From Felis catus (lineage: Eukaryota), in NCBI RefSeq assembly GCF_018350175.1, contig NC_058368.1:63738001-63802000 (forward strand): DNA of 64,000 bases, written 5' to 3'. The notes below the pieces were generated by a model. That model saw only the letters and a program-made list of their open reading frames with translations, did no database searches and was not told the origin of the DNA. How positions within the stretch are numbered: the stretch's first letter is position 1; each line of letters opens with the position of its first letter. Of the stretch, positions 13,580 to 26,000 are shown piece by piece. The translations under genes and the position numbers were made by a program.

Positions 13580-14369
13580 AAGACATGGAGAGATCTTAAA
13601 TGCATATTATTAAGTGAATGAAGTCAAACTGAAAAGACTCTATTATTCTAATAATACGATATTCCAGAAAGGGCAAAACTATGGAGATTAAGTAAAGATT
13701 ACTGGTTACCAGGGATGAGGGCAGGAGAGAGACAAATAGATGGAGCACAGAGAATATTTTAGGGCAGTGAAAATATGATGAGACTATATGTATGAAAATA
13801 TGTATGATACTGTAATGATGGATACATGTCAGTATCCATTTGTCCAAGTGTGTAGAATATATAATACCGAGAGGTAACCTTCAGATGATTTATGTATGTT
13901 GGGTGATTATGATGTGTCAGTGTGGGTTCATCATTTTAAATAATGTACTAGTCTGGTAAGGGTGTTAATAAGGGGAGGCTTTGTGTGTGGGAGGGGCAGC
14001 AGGTCAATGGGAATTCTCTGTACTTTCCTTTTCATTTTGCTGTGAACCTAAAACTGCCCTGAAACAAAAAGTCTTTAAAAGGCAGTTGGGACAGAAAGGG
14101 GCAAGATTCTAGCAATAACTGAATAACTGAATAATCTGGATTCCTAATACATAAACTACTCCTTTTCCCAAGCATTTAATTTTATATGTTCTTTTTCTCC
14201 TCTTGGAAATGTTCACTTCTTTCCCTTTCTACTCATTGTTTCCTTTGCTTCTCCTTCCAACTCTGTATTAATCCCTGGTATGTAATTCTTCATTGTTTTA
14301 GAACCTGTTTAAATGTTTCAGTTAATTTTTGCAATATAATCTCCCTGAAAGTGAGAGGCAGAACTTCCT

Positions 14370-14485
14370 TGTGGTTTTAAGCAGGAACTCTGGAGTCAGA
14401 ATGCTCAGAGTCAAATCCTACCTAGTTACTGACTTGTGCAGCTTACCAAACCTCCCTCTGTGTCTTTGTCTTCTCACCTGTAGGG
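14370..14485 (+). mobile_element. MIR fragment
   Basis: 'actctggagtcagaatgctcagagtcaaatcc'. Confidence 0.6.
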
Positions 14486-15899
14486 ATGTGGTGAGCCTTA
14501 CCTGTTAATATGGGCAGGGTTCTGAGATCAGGTTCTTCTTGTTTGCCTTCTCTTTGTCCATCCCTTCTAAGTGGAAGGGCTGCTTCTTTTCCTCTCTGGG
14601 GTTAAATCTTCAAATTGAACTTGGATTATCAATGCCCCTCACCTTATCAGGGACCTTCCTGGTTTCATGAAATGCCTCTTCAAATTCCTGAACTAGGCTG
14701 GACACCATAGTTCAGTGATATGGAATATTTGTAAGATGACATCCATGAGCTTTTATAAATGATTAGCCTTTTGCGTAGAACTGTTTTCCCACCACCTTGT
14801 GAGCTTGGCCTCATTTGACACATTGCTCAAATTTGTTCTGATTCTCATATCTTTAACCTTCTCTGCTTCAGAGTCCCAAGTGCACATCACCCTCTTAGAC
14901 TTCACCTTCCTGACTTAAAAGTGTTGCTTTACTTGTCTAGGTCCCAGGCAGAATGCACATTCTTTGAGAGAGATAGAGTGTTCTTCTATCCCAACAGTAT
15001 CCCAACAGTATGATTGGCCCAAGTTATCTTTTTTTTTTTTAATGAGTGAATAAGTGAGCATTTGAATTTGATAAGAACCTTATTTCTAGTTTATTACCAT
15101 AGGAATCCAGTTCAATAAAATAACGTGTGACCTTTTAAATAGTAGAGATTCTCTTTCCACCTATGATTAACCAAGAAATGTGCTCTCACCAAGAAGTTTT
15201 AAAAAATCAAAGACTGTTACTTGACAGGCCAAATGACAAGAATAACAGCTTTATTTTTGAACAAGTTCTTATTTAAGAGAGTTTCATGTCCCATTTATCA
15301 TACAACTAACTATCCTACATTTTGGAATGACCAGCAATTTACTATATCTCATGCTATTCTCTTCCTTCATATCTTTTTCCTAGGAAGTAATTTTCTCTTA
15401 AAGTCAATGCAGCTTATATTTTATAGCCAGATGCAGAAGATTAAAGAATAAACATGTCATCTTATTATAGAAAAAAAGTTTTTAAGGGCTATGATTAATT
15501 TCTGCAACTCAGTGCCTGGATATATGTCAATAGTTTGTGGCTAAAGAAGATGTCTTCAAAAGCTTTTGGTAGTTGAGTGTATGTATTTTTGAGGTATGAT
15601 CGTATGGTTTGGTGATTTCTGTACAAGGAATTTATTGTTCCATTGATCTTGTCTATTTCTCTTTGTCTTTGGTTGAAAACAGAACTGACAGAATTACCAA
15701 TAGAAGTAAAAACATAGTTAGATAGTATGTGCCTTCTTGAACTTTGCAGATTTGGATTTTAAGCATTGATCTGTTATTGGATTGGATTGACAAGACTGAA
15801 TGTCAAGTCCATTCAGTGATGTAGCTTTAGAAGGTCTTACATTTTAAGTTGCCTACATAGTCCCGATACCAAACCTACAGAGGAGTTATTTTCCTTTTC

Positions 15900-15933
15900 T
15901 TTTTTTAAAAGATTTTTTTTAAGTTTATTTATT

Positions 15934-15969
<36 letters not shown>

Positions 15970-16115
15970 CAAGTTGGGGAGAGAGGAGGACAAAGGATCT
16001 GAAGCAGGCTGCGCACTGACAGCAGCAAGCCTGATGTGGGGCTTGAACTCATGAACTGTAAGATCATGACCTGAGGCAAAGTCAGACACTCAACTGACTG
16101 AGCCCCCTGGTGCCT
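15900..16115 (-). mobile_element. Can-SINE
   Basis: Reverse-complement SINE with (GA)n and 'gatcatgacctgag'. Confidence 0.92.
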
Positions 16116-16620
16116 CTTTCTTTCTGAAATCCTAAGTGGAATCTTTATTCATTACAGTTAGCCTTTTATTCTTTTCAATTAAAAGATAGCCTTTAAATTT
16201 TTTTAATATAAAATTTAAATGTCTTAAATATCCCTTTAATAAAACTTGAGCTACCTCATCACAAATTTTTATCTCTAGTATTGCTTTGATTTTTATTCAG
16301 TTTGAAGTATTTTCTAATTTTTATTATGATTTACTACTTGTGAGTGATTCAGAAATATGTTTTTAAGGTTCAAGCACATGAAGTCTTTTATGCTTTCTTC
16401 TTGTTACTGGCTTCTCTTCCCTCTTCCTTTTCAAAGTAGTCTCCTATAATTATTCCTGTTCTTTTAAGTACAGTACATAATTTTCTGCTGTACCCTCTGG
16501 ACTTCTCTTTCAGCATATACATTTGTTGGAATTTGTTTTCTATTTCAAAAAAAAGACAACTTTGACCCCACGTTACCCTTTGTAAACTCATTTCTTAGCT
16601 TCCCTTTACAGCAACATTTT

Positions 16621-16852
16621 TTTTCTTTTTAAGTTTTTTTTTAATGTTTATTTTTGAGAGAGAGAGAGAGAGAGAGAGAGAGCAAATGAGCACGAGAGGG
16701 GGAGGGACAGAAAGAGAAGGAGACAGAGGCTACAAAACATGATCTGCAACAGCAGAGAGCCTGATGCTGGACTTGAACTCATGAACCATGAGATCATGAC
16801 CTGAGCCAAAGTCAAGATGCTGAACCGACTGAGCCACCCAGGTAGGTGCCCC
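16621..16852 (-). mobile_element. Can-SINE inserted in an L2-like fragment
   Basis: TSD about TA(C/T)AGCAACA on both sides. Confidence 0.92.
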
Positions 16853-17373
16853 TATAGCAACAATTTTTGAAGGAGCCCTTAGAGTTGGTGTTTCCACTGT
16901 CACCTCCCATTTTCTTAACCCATTTTAGCCACCTTGCTATCGTTACCATTTTTGGGCAATTGCTTTCATGACCTCCATGTTACCAAATCCATCAGTGATG
17001 TTTTAGACTGATTTTCTGTCAATTGGCTCTGTCAGTTAGTGAGAGCAAGGTGTCTCACTAACTCTCTGACCTCTGACTCTCTTACTGAAATCTCTGACCT
17101 CGCTTGTAGATTTTTCTCCTTTCTCTTTGCAGCTCTTTCATTTTTTGCTTCAGTATTTTTAATTCTGTTATTGAGTGTATACACATTTGTGATTGTTACA
17201 TTCTCCTGATGAATTGTCACTTCTTTATACTTGATACTACTCTTTCCTTTGAAATCTACTCTGATATTCATATAGCCATTCTAGTTTTCTTTTAATTAGT
17301 GTTACTGTGATACATCTTTTCCCATGCTCATGCTTTCAACCTATTGTTGCCTTTGTACTTAAAATGTGTTTCT

Positions 17374-17600
17374 GGGGTGCCTGGGTGGCTCAGTCAGTTA
17401 AGCGTCCTACTTCGGCTCAGGTCATGATCTTGTGATTTGTGAGTTCGAGCCCTGCCTGGGGCTCTGTGCTGACAACTCAGAGCCTGGAGCCTGCTTCTGA
17501 TTCTGTGTCTCCCTCTCTCTCTTCTCCTCCCCCACTCACACTCTGTCTCTCTCTCTCCTTCAAAAATAAATAAACATTAAACAAAAAATTAAAAAAAAAT
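17374..17600 (+). mobile_element. Can-SINE
   Basis: TSD AAA(A/G)TGTGTTTCT (17361-17373, 17601-17613). Confidence 0.95.
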
Positions 17601-17982
17601 AAAGTGTGTTTCTTATAGGCAGCATATAATTGGGTCTCAATTTTTTTATCCAATTTGATAATCTCTGCCTTTAAATTAGTTTATTTAGGTCATTTGGATT
17701 TTATGGAATTAGGCATGTGCTTAAGTTTAAATCTATTGTCAGTTTTAATGTCTTTCCTGTTAATTGTATTATATTTGTCAGTTCTGCATTGGTATCAATG
17801 TATTGAATTTTCTGATCATGGGTTATATGTTCCTGGTTTTTTATGTGACTGGTAATTGTTGATTGGATATCAGACATTGTGAAATCAATTTTCTTGGGTA
17901 CTCAATGTTTTTATATTCCTGTAAATGTTCTTGAGATTTTTTCTAGGATAAAGTTAAGTTGATTTTTCTGAGTCTTCCTTTT

Positions 17983-18056
17983 CAAATTAAAAAACAATTT
18001 TTTAAACCTTAATTTACTTTTTATTTTTGAGAAAGAGAGAGAGAGAGTGAGAGAGA

Positions 18057-18095
<39 letters not shown>

Positions 18096-18260
18096 TGTGA
18101 GTGGAGGAGGAACAGAGAGAGACACACACACAGAATCCAAAGCAGGCTCCAAGTTCTGAGCTGTCAGCACAGAGACCGATGCAGGGCTCGAATTCATGAA
18201 TCACAAGTTCATGACCTGAACTGAAGTCGACGCTTAAGCAACTGAGCCACCCAGGCACCC
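17983..18260 (-). mobile_element. Can-SINE
   Basis: TSD CTGAGTCTT(C/T)CTTTT (17968-17982, 18261-18275). Confidence 0.94.
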
Positions 18261-20008
18261 CTGAGTCTTTCTTTTGGGATTTGTGGGTAGAACACAAGGG
18301 ATTTTTAGTTTAGGGTTAATTATTCTCTACCAGGAGGCAAGACCCTTCTGTGTACTCTACCCAGCACCTCATGAATTATGAGGCTTTCCAGTGTGCTGAT
18401 AGGGACAGACACTATCTGATGTGTCAGTGTTGTTTATTCCCTCTATTCTTTGGGTGGTTATTTCCCTTGCTTTTGTTAGTGACCTTTTATGCATGGATCA
18501 ATATTCTGATGAATACTCCAGGGAGACCTGCTGCAGATCTCTGGAGTTCTCTGTGCATCTCTCTCCTTTTTGTTAGTCTGTCTTGCAAATTCTAGATGCT
18601 TTGATTTCTCCAGATTCTCAGCAGTGTCTCTTTAATTCAACAAATCTTCCTGGCTGTACATATGATCCCCTTCCCAGCACAAAGTCTGGAAAATCTCAAA
18701 GCAGTAAACTGGGGCAATTGTAGGACTTTTTTCCACCCCCCCCCCCCCATCCCCAGATTTCAGGGATCACTTTACTTCATTGCCTGGTATCCAGCATCTT
18801 GAAAACCATTGGTTCACATATTTTCTCTATTTTTTTATATTGTTATTTACTTCTGGTAGGATTGCAATTCCAGTTCCTGTTACTCAATCTTGGCCAGAAA
18901 CAAAACTCTTTTGTTCTGTGTTTTTAGTTCTCTTTTTTAGTTTTTTAGATCTCTTTAGTATGACTACTTTCTCAGAATTGATCCACTGATTGTGGTTGAC
19001 GGCCTTTCCAGAATCGACCTAACTCATACTTTGCAAATCTTGTTTTGAGCTCATTATCTGAGGGAGATATTCCCTCATATACCCTTACAGTGAGCCAGTT
19101 TTGAGCCTGCATTGCTGGGTGCACAAACTCGGTTTGTATCAATGCTTTAGTCATGGGTTTTGCCCCATGAGACACCTGTCAAACTCCCAAGAAATATAAG
19201 CCTATTTCAAGTCTATCCCTCTAAGGTTGTAACTAAATCCTGGCCACATTGGACAGTTTATTTTCATTACATGGGTGAGCAGTGGGCACTTTTTATGCTT
19301 CATTCACTGTTCCTGCCTTGAGGTTCAAAATAGCATATATGTGTAATGGCCTTACCCTTGATGCCCCCGTCCTGTCTTCCCTGTGAGCTGCTGATTTCAG
19401 CTCCTGTCTACTCCCCTGAGTTCCCTATTCATTTCTACTTCATGGAGATTTTCTTTCTTTTTTTAATCTTTCAAATATGAAATGTTTTCTATTAACTTTG
19501 TGTTTTGGGAACAGGAAGGAGGGAATTCCATTTATGTTAAATCTATTTCATCTGGAATGAGGAAAAAAAAGTTTTTGAAGAGTTAGCAAAAAGTAGAGAC
19601 TGTGGGGGGAGGTAGCCTAGTCATTTTAGTAACCCCTGATTGAAATTCTCGTCAGTTTATATTTCTTTAATTTTTCAAAAAGATTATATATACATTGCCT
19701 TTGTATTTATGTAGGCAAAGATTCCACTTCAGCACTTTAGAAAATGCCAACCCTAATTCAGAGAGATAGTAAAGATTTTGCTGAAACTGTTGCTGTTCTA
19801 GAGTTATTCAAAATTCTGGTAATGATTATAAAAGGATAAAAACTTTTTATATTGTATGGCACTTTTTAATGTTGTATGGTATAAGAGAAAACCATCTAGT
19901 AAAAATTAAAAAAACCTTTATATAGATATTTATAAATATGTTGTAGGGAGAACTATTTCACTAATGGAATTTAAGAAATGAGTATCTGATTGGAATATCT
20001 GAAAATAT

Positions 20009-20170
20009 GGGGTACCTGGCTGGCTCAGTTGATTGAGTGTCTGACTTGATTTCGGCTCAGGTCATGATCCCAGGGTGGTGGGATGAAACCCCATGTTGGG
20101 CTTTGTGCTGAGTGTGGAGCCTGATTAAGATTCTCATTCTCTTCCTCTGCTCCTCTCCCCCACTTGCATG

Positions 20171-20213
<43 letters not shown>

Positions 20214-20225
20214 AAATAAATAAAT
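20009..20225 (+). mobile_element. Can-SINE (older subtype)
   Basis: TSD AATATCTGAAAATA (19994-20007, 20226-20239). Confidence 0.93.
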
Positions 20226-20827
20226 AATATCTGAAAATAATAATAAAAAAGATTCTGATTGTAGTCAACCTATGTCTGACTTTGTTTTTCAACATTCTTT
20301 CTTTCCTAGTCAGACTGGCACTACAGAATGTCCAAAGTCCTGTATCCCTTGGTCTATTTCTACCTTGATGTGTATTGTAGTCCATTGTCTTAAAGAAAGG
20401 CAATAACTTCCTATTAAAGATATTTTCCTAAATTTGATGTACTAGTTGAAGTCTTCAACAATTCAAAAAAGTTTCCTGATTGCTAAGAGTCATTCATAAC
20501 GCCATGTTTTACCCATTTTTTAATGGCTAATAATGAAAAACTTTCCTATAGAATCCTTGCAGGGGTATTTGTCAGAATTTGAACTTGTTTTCTCATTCTG
20601 TTAAATATCAATCTTACATCTTATTGTACTTTTAACCTTTTTATATAGTTTCTTAAATTTAGCTGCTCTTAACATTTGCATGTTCAGTACACTCAAGTCC
20701 CTACCTTTATAAATTAGGTTTCTGTACATTTCCATTTTTATCATAAACCAAGCTTGATAATTGGTTATCATAATTATTATCATTGAGCATTTGGATACAG
20801 GGTAGCCTTAAGTAAGCATCGCCATTA

Positions 20828-21030
20828 CATACATATATATTATATATACATATATTATTTAATAAATAAATAATTAATTATAAGTACATATATAATATAA
20901 ATAAATATAAAATATATATAAATCTTTAAATATATAAATATAATATAGATATTATAAATATTATAAAATATTATATAAATATAAATAAATATAAATAAAT
21001 AATGCATATATGATATATATATAAATAATT
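20828..21030. repeat. AT-rich low-complexity, (TA)n-like tract
   Basis: Almost pure A/T for about 200 bp. Confidence 0.9.
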
Positions 21031-21330
21031 GATTCCTTTAAGAGTCATCACAGACATTAGACAAAAATAATATATGTATTGAACACTCAATATTTTAATT
21101 ATAAGGAAAAACAAATAACTAAAAATATTAAATTCAGTAATTGTAGGAACCATTCACTTTAATAAAGTAATGAAATTCATTTACATAAGGTACAAAAGAA
21201 AATTCATCTCATTAATTCACAATTACATAGTCTTCCATTTTGAAGTGGAATGTGGATGAGTGGTAATTATGTTTTCATTTATGAAAACACTTTATAAATT
21301 AAATAAGCCATATTTAAATATATTGAAGCT

Positions 21331-21525
21331 GGGATGCCTGGGTGGTTCAGTCTGTTGAGTGTCTGACTCTTGATTTCAGCTCAGTTCATGGTCTCATGCT
21401 CCTGAAACTGAGCCCAGCATCATGCTGGGTGTGATGCCCGATTAAGATTCTCTCTCCCCCAGCCCCTCATCTGCTCATGCTTTCTCTCTCTTTCAAAAAA
21501 ATAAAAAACAAAAACAAAAAATATT
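21331..21525 (+). mobile_element. Can-SINE (older, diverged)
   Basis: Head 'gggatgcctgggtggttcagtc'; degenerate TSD AATATATT..GCTG. Confidence 0.9.
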
Positions 21526-21987
21526 AATATATTTAGGCTGTCCAGAACCTAAAAGTAAAAGGGTGATGTACTTTGTTAAAACTAAAAATGTGTTGGGATT
21601 CACTTAATTAGTGGAAATGTTCTAAAAATCTACATGGAAAAAAATAAGCAAGATACATAGACTCAAGGATTTTTTTTTTTTTTTACTTTGCCTTCTTATA
21701 ACTAATTGACCTATAGACTTATATCTAATTGACCTAGCTAAAATATAGGAAATTATTTAACCATCAGTTATGTTAGGTTTTTGCCAACAATTTCTATAGC
21801 TAACATATTAAACCAATGTATATATTGCAATAGATTGGAACATAAATTTAAATTTTGGTGTCTGTTTTCAGTATTATAGCATTGATTTGATCTTCAACTT
21901 TGGTCTCATCATAGGAAGATGTATATACTTTTGGCAGTCCCTATAATTAACTCCAGTCAACTCATTAGGAAATATATTCAAAACATA

Positions 21988-22188
21988 GGAGAGCCTGGGT
22001 GCCTCAGTTGGTTAAGTGTCCAACTCTTGATATCAGCTTAGGTTGTGATCTTGTGGTTTTGAGATCGAGCCCCACATCGGGCTCTGCACTGAAAGTGGGC
22101 CCTGCTTGGGATTCTCTCTCTCCTTCTCTCGCTGCCTCTCCCCTGCTTGTGCTCTCTCTCTCTCAAAATTAATAAGTAAATTTTTAAG
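21988..22188 (+). mobile_element. Can-SINE (older subtype)
   Basis: TSD AAAACATA (21980-21987, 22189-22196). Confidence 0.92.
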
Positions 22189-23675
22189 AAAACATAAAAG
22201 AAGGTCTACTTATCTTTATCTTCACCTATACTAATTAAGATGTTCATTTATTAATATGTTGATTTAAGCTACATCTGGATGTTCTGGACATTGTGTTAGG
22301 TCTTCAAGAAATAACAAATAGAAGTGAGCATGGCCAAGAGGACCATGGGGTTCCATCTTAACACATCAGCAAGATTTATTAAAGTTCTTTGAACCAAAAA
22401 TGAGTATCCAGTAGGTAGTTTGACAGTCAATATTTTAAAATAACTAATCAACAACTATAGAAATTTTTGCCTAACTCTGTCTTTGGTACTATAGGGTACC
22501 AAAAATAATGACTTTTTGATGCACTGATTGTATGAAGAACCCTATATCCATGTTTTTCCTGCAAAGTATAGAAATGGATGTTTAAAATACCTTGTATCGG
22601 TAGACATGAGGTTGGGGATGGAAGAATAGAAAAAGATGAAAGCTGAAGGTCATCAGTGAGTTAAAGTAAATGGGAAACAGATCTCAACCAATCTCTTTGC
22701 ATTGGCCAGGCAACAAGCTATATGTTAGTAGTTAAGAGGGAGAAACACTATAGAATTTTGGCACTTGTCCCTAGTGTCTCCTTTATCTTTTGCTTCAAGA
22801 TTTATCTGTGGAAGGATGAAGTACATGTATTCACAATACTTGTGGTTATGGGGATATTTTATTTATTTAGGACATATTTGTGTGTCCAGCACTGTTATAG
22901 GTTATGAAAGCACCTGACTTAGATATATTTGCAACAGTCTATTTGCAAGAGGGTGGTGTATTTGGCTAATTTATTACAGGAGTTGTTTCGGATAGAATAA
23001 ATTATTACCCATACCAAAATCAAATGTAACAATCTTCTAAGTGATTTGACTTGCACTTATCCATCTTTGTGAGATAATAAGCAATTAACCAATGATTGGA
23101 ATGCAGGATATAATTTGTGATGATGGCTCTAATAATGGAATTTAATTAACTTCAAATAAATATTTTAGTGAGCATTCATTTGCACACCCAGATGTTTATT
23201 TATAATATAATAGCTTGTCTATTTTTGTCATTACCCACTGCACCAGAAATCATGCAGCAAAGTTAAGATCCATTTAAAATGCCATGATCTAAAAAGTCAT
23301 AGCTTTTTTGTGTGTATAGCATTGGTATCATGATTAGTAAGCAGATCACAAAATGGCTGACAATCTGGTGTGATTGATGATATTGTTTTCCAGTTCCTGA
23401 ACATATTGTTCTGATTCTGTCAGATAGATTTGTGAGATTGGCTATTTTGTATGACGTTGGATATTTCTTAATTGAGTGAGTATCATCATTTATAAAGCAT
23501 TGTTCAAGAAGTCATTCTTTTTAATTATGAAAAGAAATAATCTTATTTCTTCAATTGTTATTTGAATTATAACGGTCAAGAGGCTATTGATGGATAGGTT
23601 ATTATGCTTGTAGCAGGGAACTGCCATACGTTTAGAATATGGAGTTCAGTGTGCTTCTTCAACCGCCTTGACCCA

Positions 23676-23865
23676 TTTTTTTTTTAATTTTAGAGAAAGA
23701 GAACATGCATGAATAAGGGTGAGTGGCAGATGGAAAGAGAGAGAGAGAATCTTAAGCAGGCTCCACACTGAGTGTGGAACCCAACACGGGACTTGATCCC
23801 TGGGATCATGACCTGAGCTGAAATCAAGAGTTGGACGTTTAATTGACTGAGCCATCCAGATGCCC
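23676..23865 (-). mobile_element. Can-SINE (older subtype)
   Basis: 'gatcatgacctgagctgaaatcaagagttggacg'. Confidence 0.9.
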
Positions 23866-24525
23866 GGACATCCCATAGTTCTTTCAGTCTACCAATTACA
23901 TGGGAAATAATGATTCTCTCTGAAAAGTAATTTATGTAATATGTGTGTAGAAATATTTAGGCACGACTGCAGTAGTGGGTGGGTAGTACAAAAGAAAGCT
24001 TCTGAGAATTTATTATAAGGAGGAAAAAAAGTATGACAGAGGAGCTTGACTTGGCCACATGTTCTGAGAACCAGAGCGCAGTCCTAGTTCAGGGCAGAGT
24101 GAAGTTACTCTTGTTTCAAGCAGTTTTTACCCATACCACCTCACAGGGAAGAGACTATGTGTGAAATTTTAGAGTTCTCTCCCATAAATGTTGTAATGCC
24201 TCTGATTCAAGCAACTTGGCTATGAAGTTTCCCTAAGAAAGGAGAGCTGTTTCAGTCATGTGTGACAACAGCCTAACCAGCTTGCTTAGTGGAAGTGGGG
24301 CGTGAACAGTGGCTCTGAAGTACTTATCTGTGACGTGGAAAATCAAGATGCAGTCTGCAGCTGGTGGCAGAAGTGATCATGTCCCATCCTGAATACTTAC
24401 ACAATTCCCAGTGGAACTTTCAGTAGTACTCTGGCTGAGGGTGTACCTTTCAAAGGTTGCTATGGCCAGAATGATGCTAAGTGTTCTTACTGAGCTTGCT
24501 AAAATTTGTATGTAAAAGTTAATGT

Positions 24526-24712
24526 GGGATACCTGGGTGGCTCAGTCGGTTAACTGTCTGACTTTGGCTCAGGTCATGATCTTATGGTTCGTGGGTTCAA
24601 GCTCCACATTAGGCTTTGCTCTGATAACGCAGAGCCTGCTTCAGATTCTCTGTTTCCCTCTCTCTGGGTCCCTCTCCTGCTAACACTCTCTCTCAAAATA
24701 AACATTAAAAAG
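24526..24712 (+). mobile_element. Can-SINE
   Basis: Head 'gggatacctgggtggctcagtcggttaa'. Confidence 0.92.
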
Positions 24713-24721
24713 TTTTAAAAA

Positions 24722-24742
24722 CTTTTTCATGTTTATTCATTT

Positions 24743-24780
<38 letters not shown>

Positions 24781-24928
24781 CAAGTGGGGGAGGGGCAGAG
24801 AGTGAGGGAGACACACAAAACTGAGCTGTCAGCACAGAGCCCAACTTGGGGCTTGAACTCATGAACTGTGAGATCATGACCTGAGCCCAAGTCAGCCACT
24901 TAGCCAACTGAGCCACGTAGGTGCCCCC
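24722..24928 (-). mobile_element. Can-SINE, tail-to-tail with the previous one
   Basis: Reverse-complement SINE ending 'aggtgccccc'. Confidence 0.92.
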
Positions 24929-25397
24929 AAATTAATTTTTTTTTAAAATGTAGTGTGATCTAACTAGTAAAGAGGCTGGTTGCATAAATAATTTTTTATT
25001 TTGATGTGAGGCTTTGAAGGACATATTTTGTGCAGGCAAAATTGAGACTATTAGATCATTTTACTTTATAAGTGTCTCTTTAATGAACAAAAATAATCCA
25101 GTTATTATAAAGATGAATGAATATACATGTATAGATATCTATTTTGTATTTTTATCATATAGTAAAAGAACAATTAGACTACTAGACTAAGATTAATTTG
25201 AAGCATCTTTTGGCAAAGCATCTTATGTTTTTTTGTACCATTTTCAGATGTAAAAAGATACTGGTACTAAAAATGTTAATCTTACTGATCACAGCTAAAC
25301 TTTTATATGCATCATATTTTTTTCACATGCGATATTTGAGGACAGAATTATAGATAACACTGAATATTGCCCCAAACTCTAGACATTTTAATATTTC

Positions 25398-26000
25398 TGT
25401 ATTAGTGCTTTTTCTGTGCAACAAATTACCAAAACCTTAACAGCTTAAAAAACACATTTATCATCTCAAAAATTTTGTGGGTCAGGAATGTAGACATGAC
25501 CTAAATGGGTCCTCAGCTCAGGGTCTCTAAAGGCTACAGTCTAGATAGAGACTGGGCTATAGTCTCATCTGGAGACTCAAGTGGGGAAGAATCTGCTTCT
25601 AACCTCACTCAAGTTGTTGACAGAATTCAGCTCCTGTGGTTGTCAGACTGAGGGCCAAAACTTCTTGTTGGCTTTCAGCTAAAAGCCCCTCTTGGATCTC
25701 AGAAGCTGCCCTCTGTTCCTGGAGGACACCTTCTCTTTCTAAAGAGTGCCCACATTTTCTTGCCTCATGTACTTCCTGAACCTGGCCACTTACTTCATCA
25801 AGACAGCAAAGAGACTTTTTAGAGTGAGTCTACCAGGAAGACAGTCTCGTATAATTTAACATAACCATGTAAGTGAGATCCTATTACCTTAACTGTATTC
25901 TTTTGGTTAGAAGCAAGTCTCAGCTCCTTTCCATACTCAAGGGAAGAAGCTTATATGAGGGTGTGCATCTTAGGGGTTGGCAATTGTGAGGGCCATAATT
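25398..26000 (-). mobile_element. MaLR solo LTR, MLT1E-group-like
   Basis: 'tgtattag...aacaaattacc...gtgggtcaggaat...ggggaagaatctgcttc...ggttagaagcaagtc'. Confidence 0.82.

Larger units (their letters stand above)
11551..14080 (+). mobile_element. Old LINE-1 3' portion (ORF2 end and 3' UTR), L1MC1-like; carries four SINEs
   Basis: ORF2-like peptide at 12026-12214 (IDKLDFIKMENFCS...KQATNWENIFA). 3' UTR motifs 'gggcaaaactatggagat' and 'ttttgctgtgaacctaaaactgc'. Confidence 0.9.
17130..18910 (-). mobile_element. Ancient L1M fragments (ORF2 endonuclease region and upstream sequence)
   Basis: The minus-strand ORF 17032-17271 has L1 endonuclease-like 'TIHQENVTITNVYTLNNR'; also 'gtgtttcttataggcagcatataattggg'. 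Confidence 0.72.
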
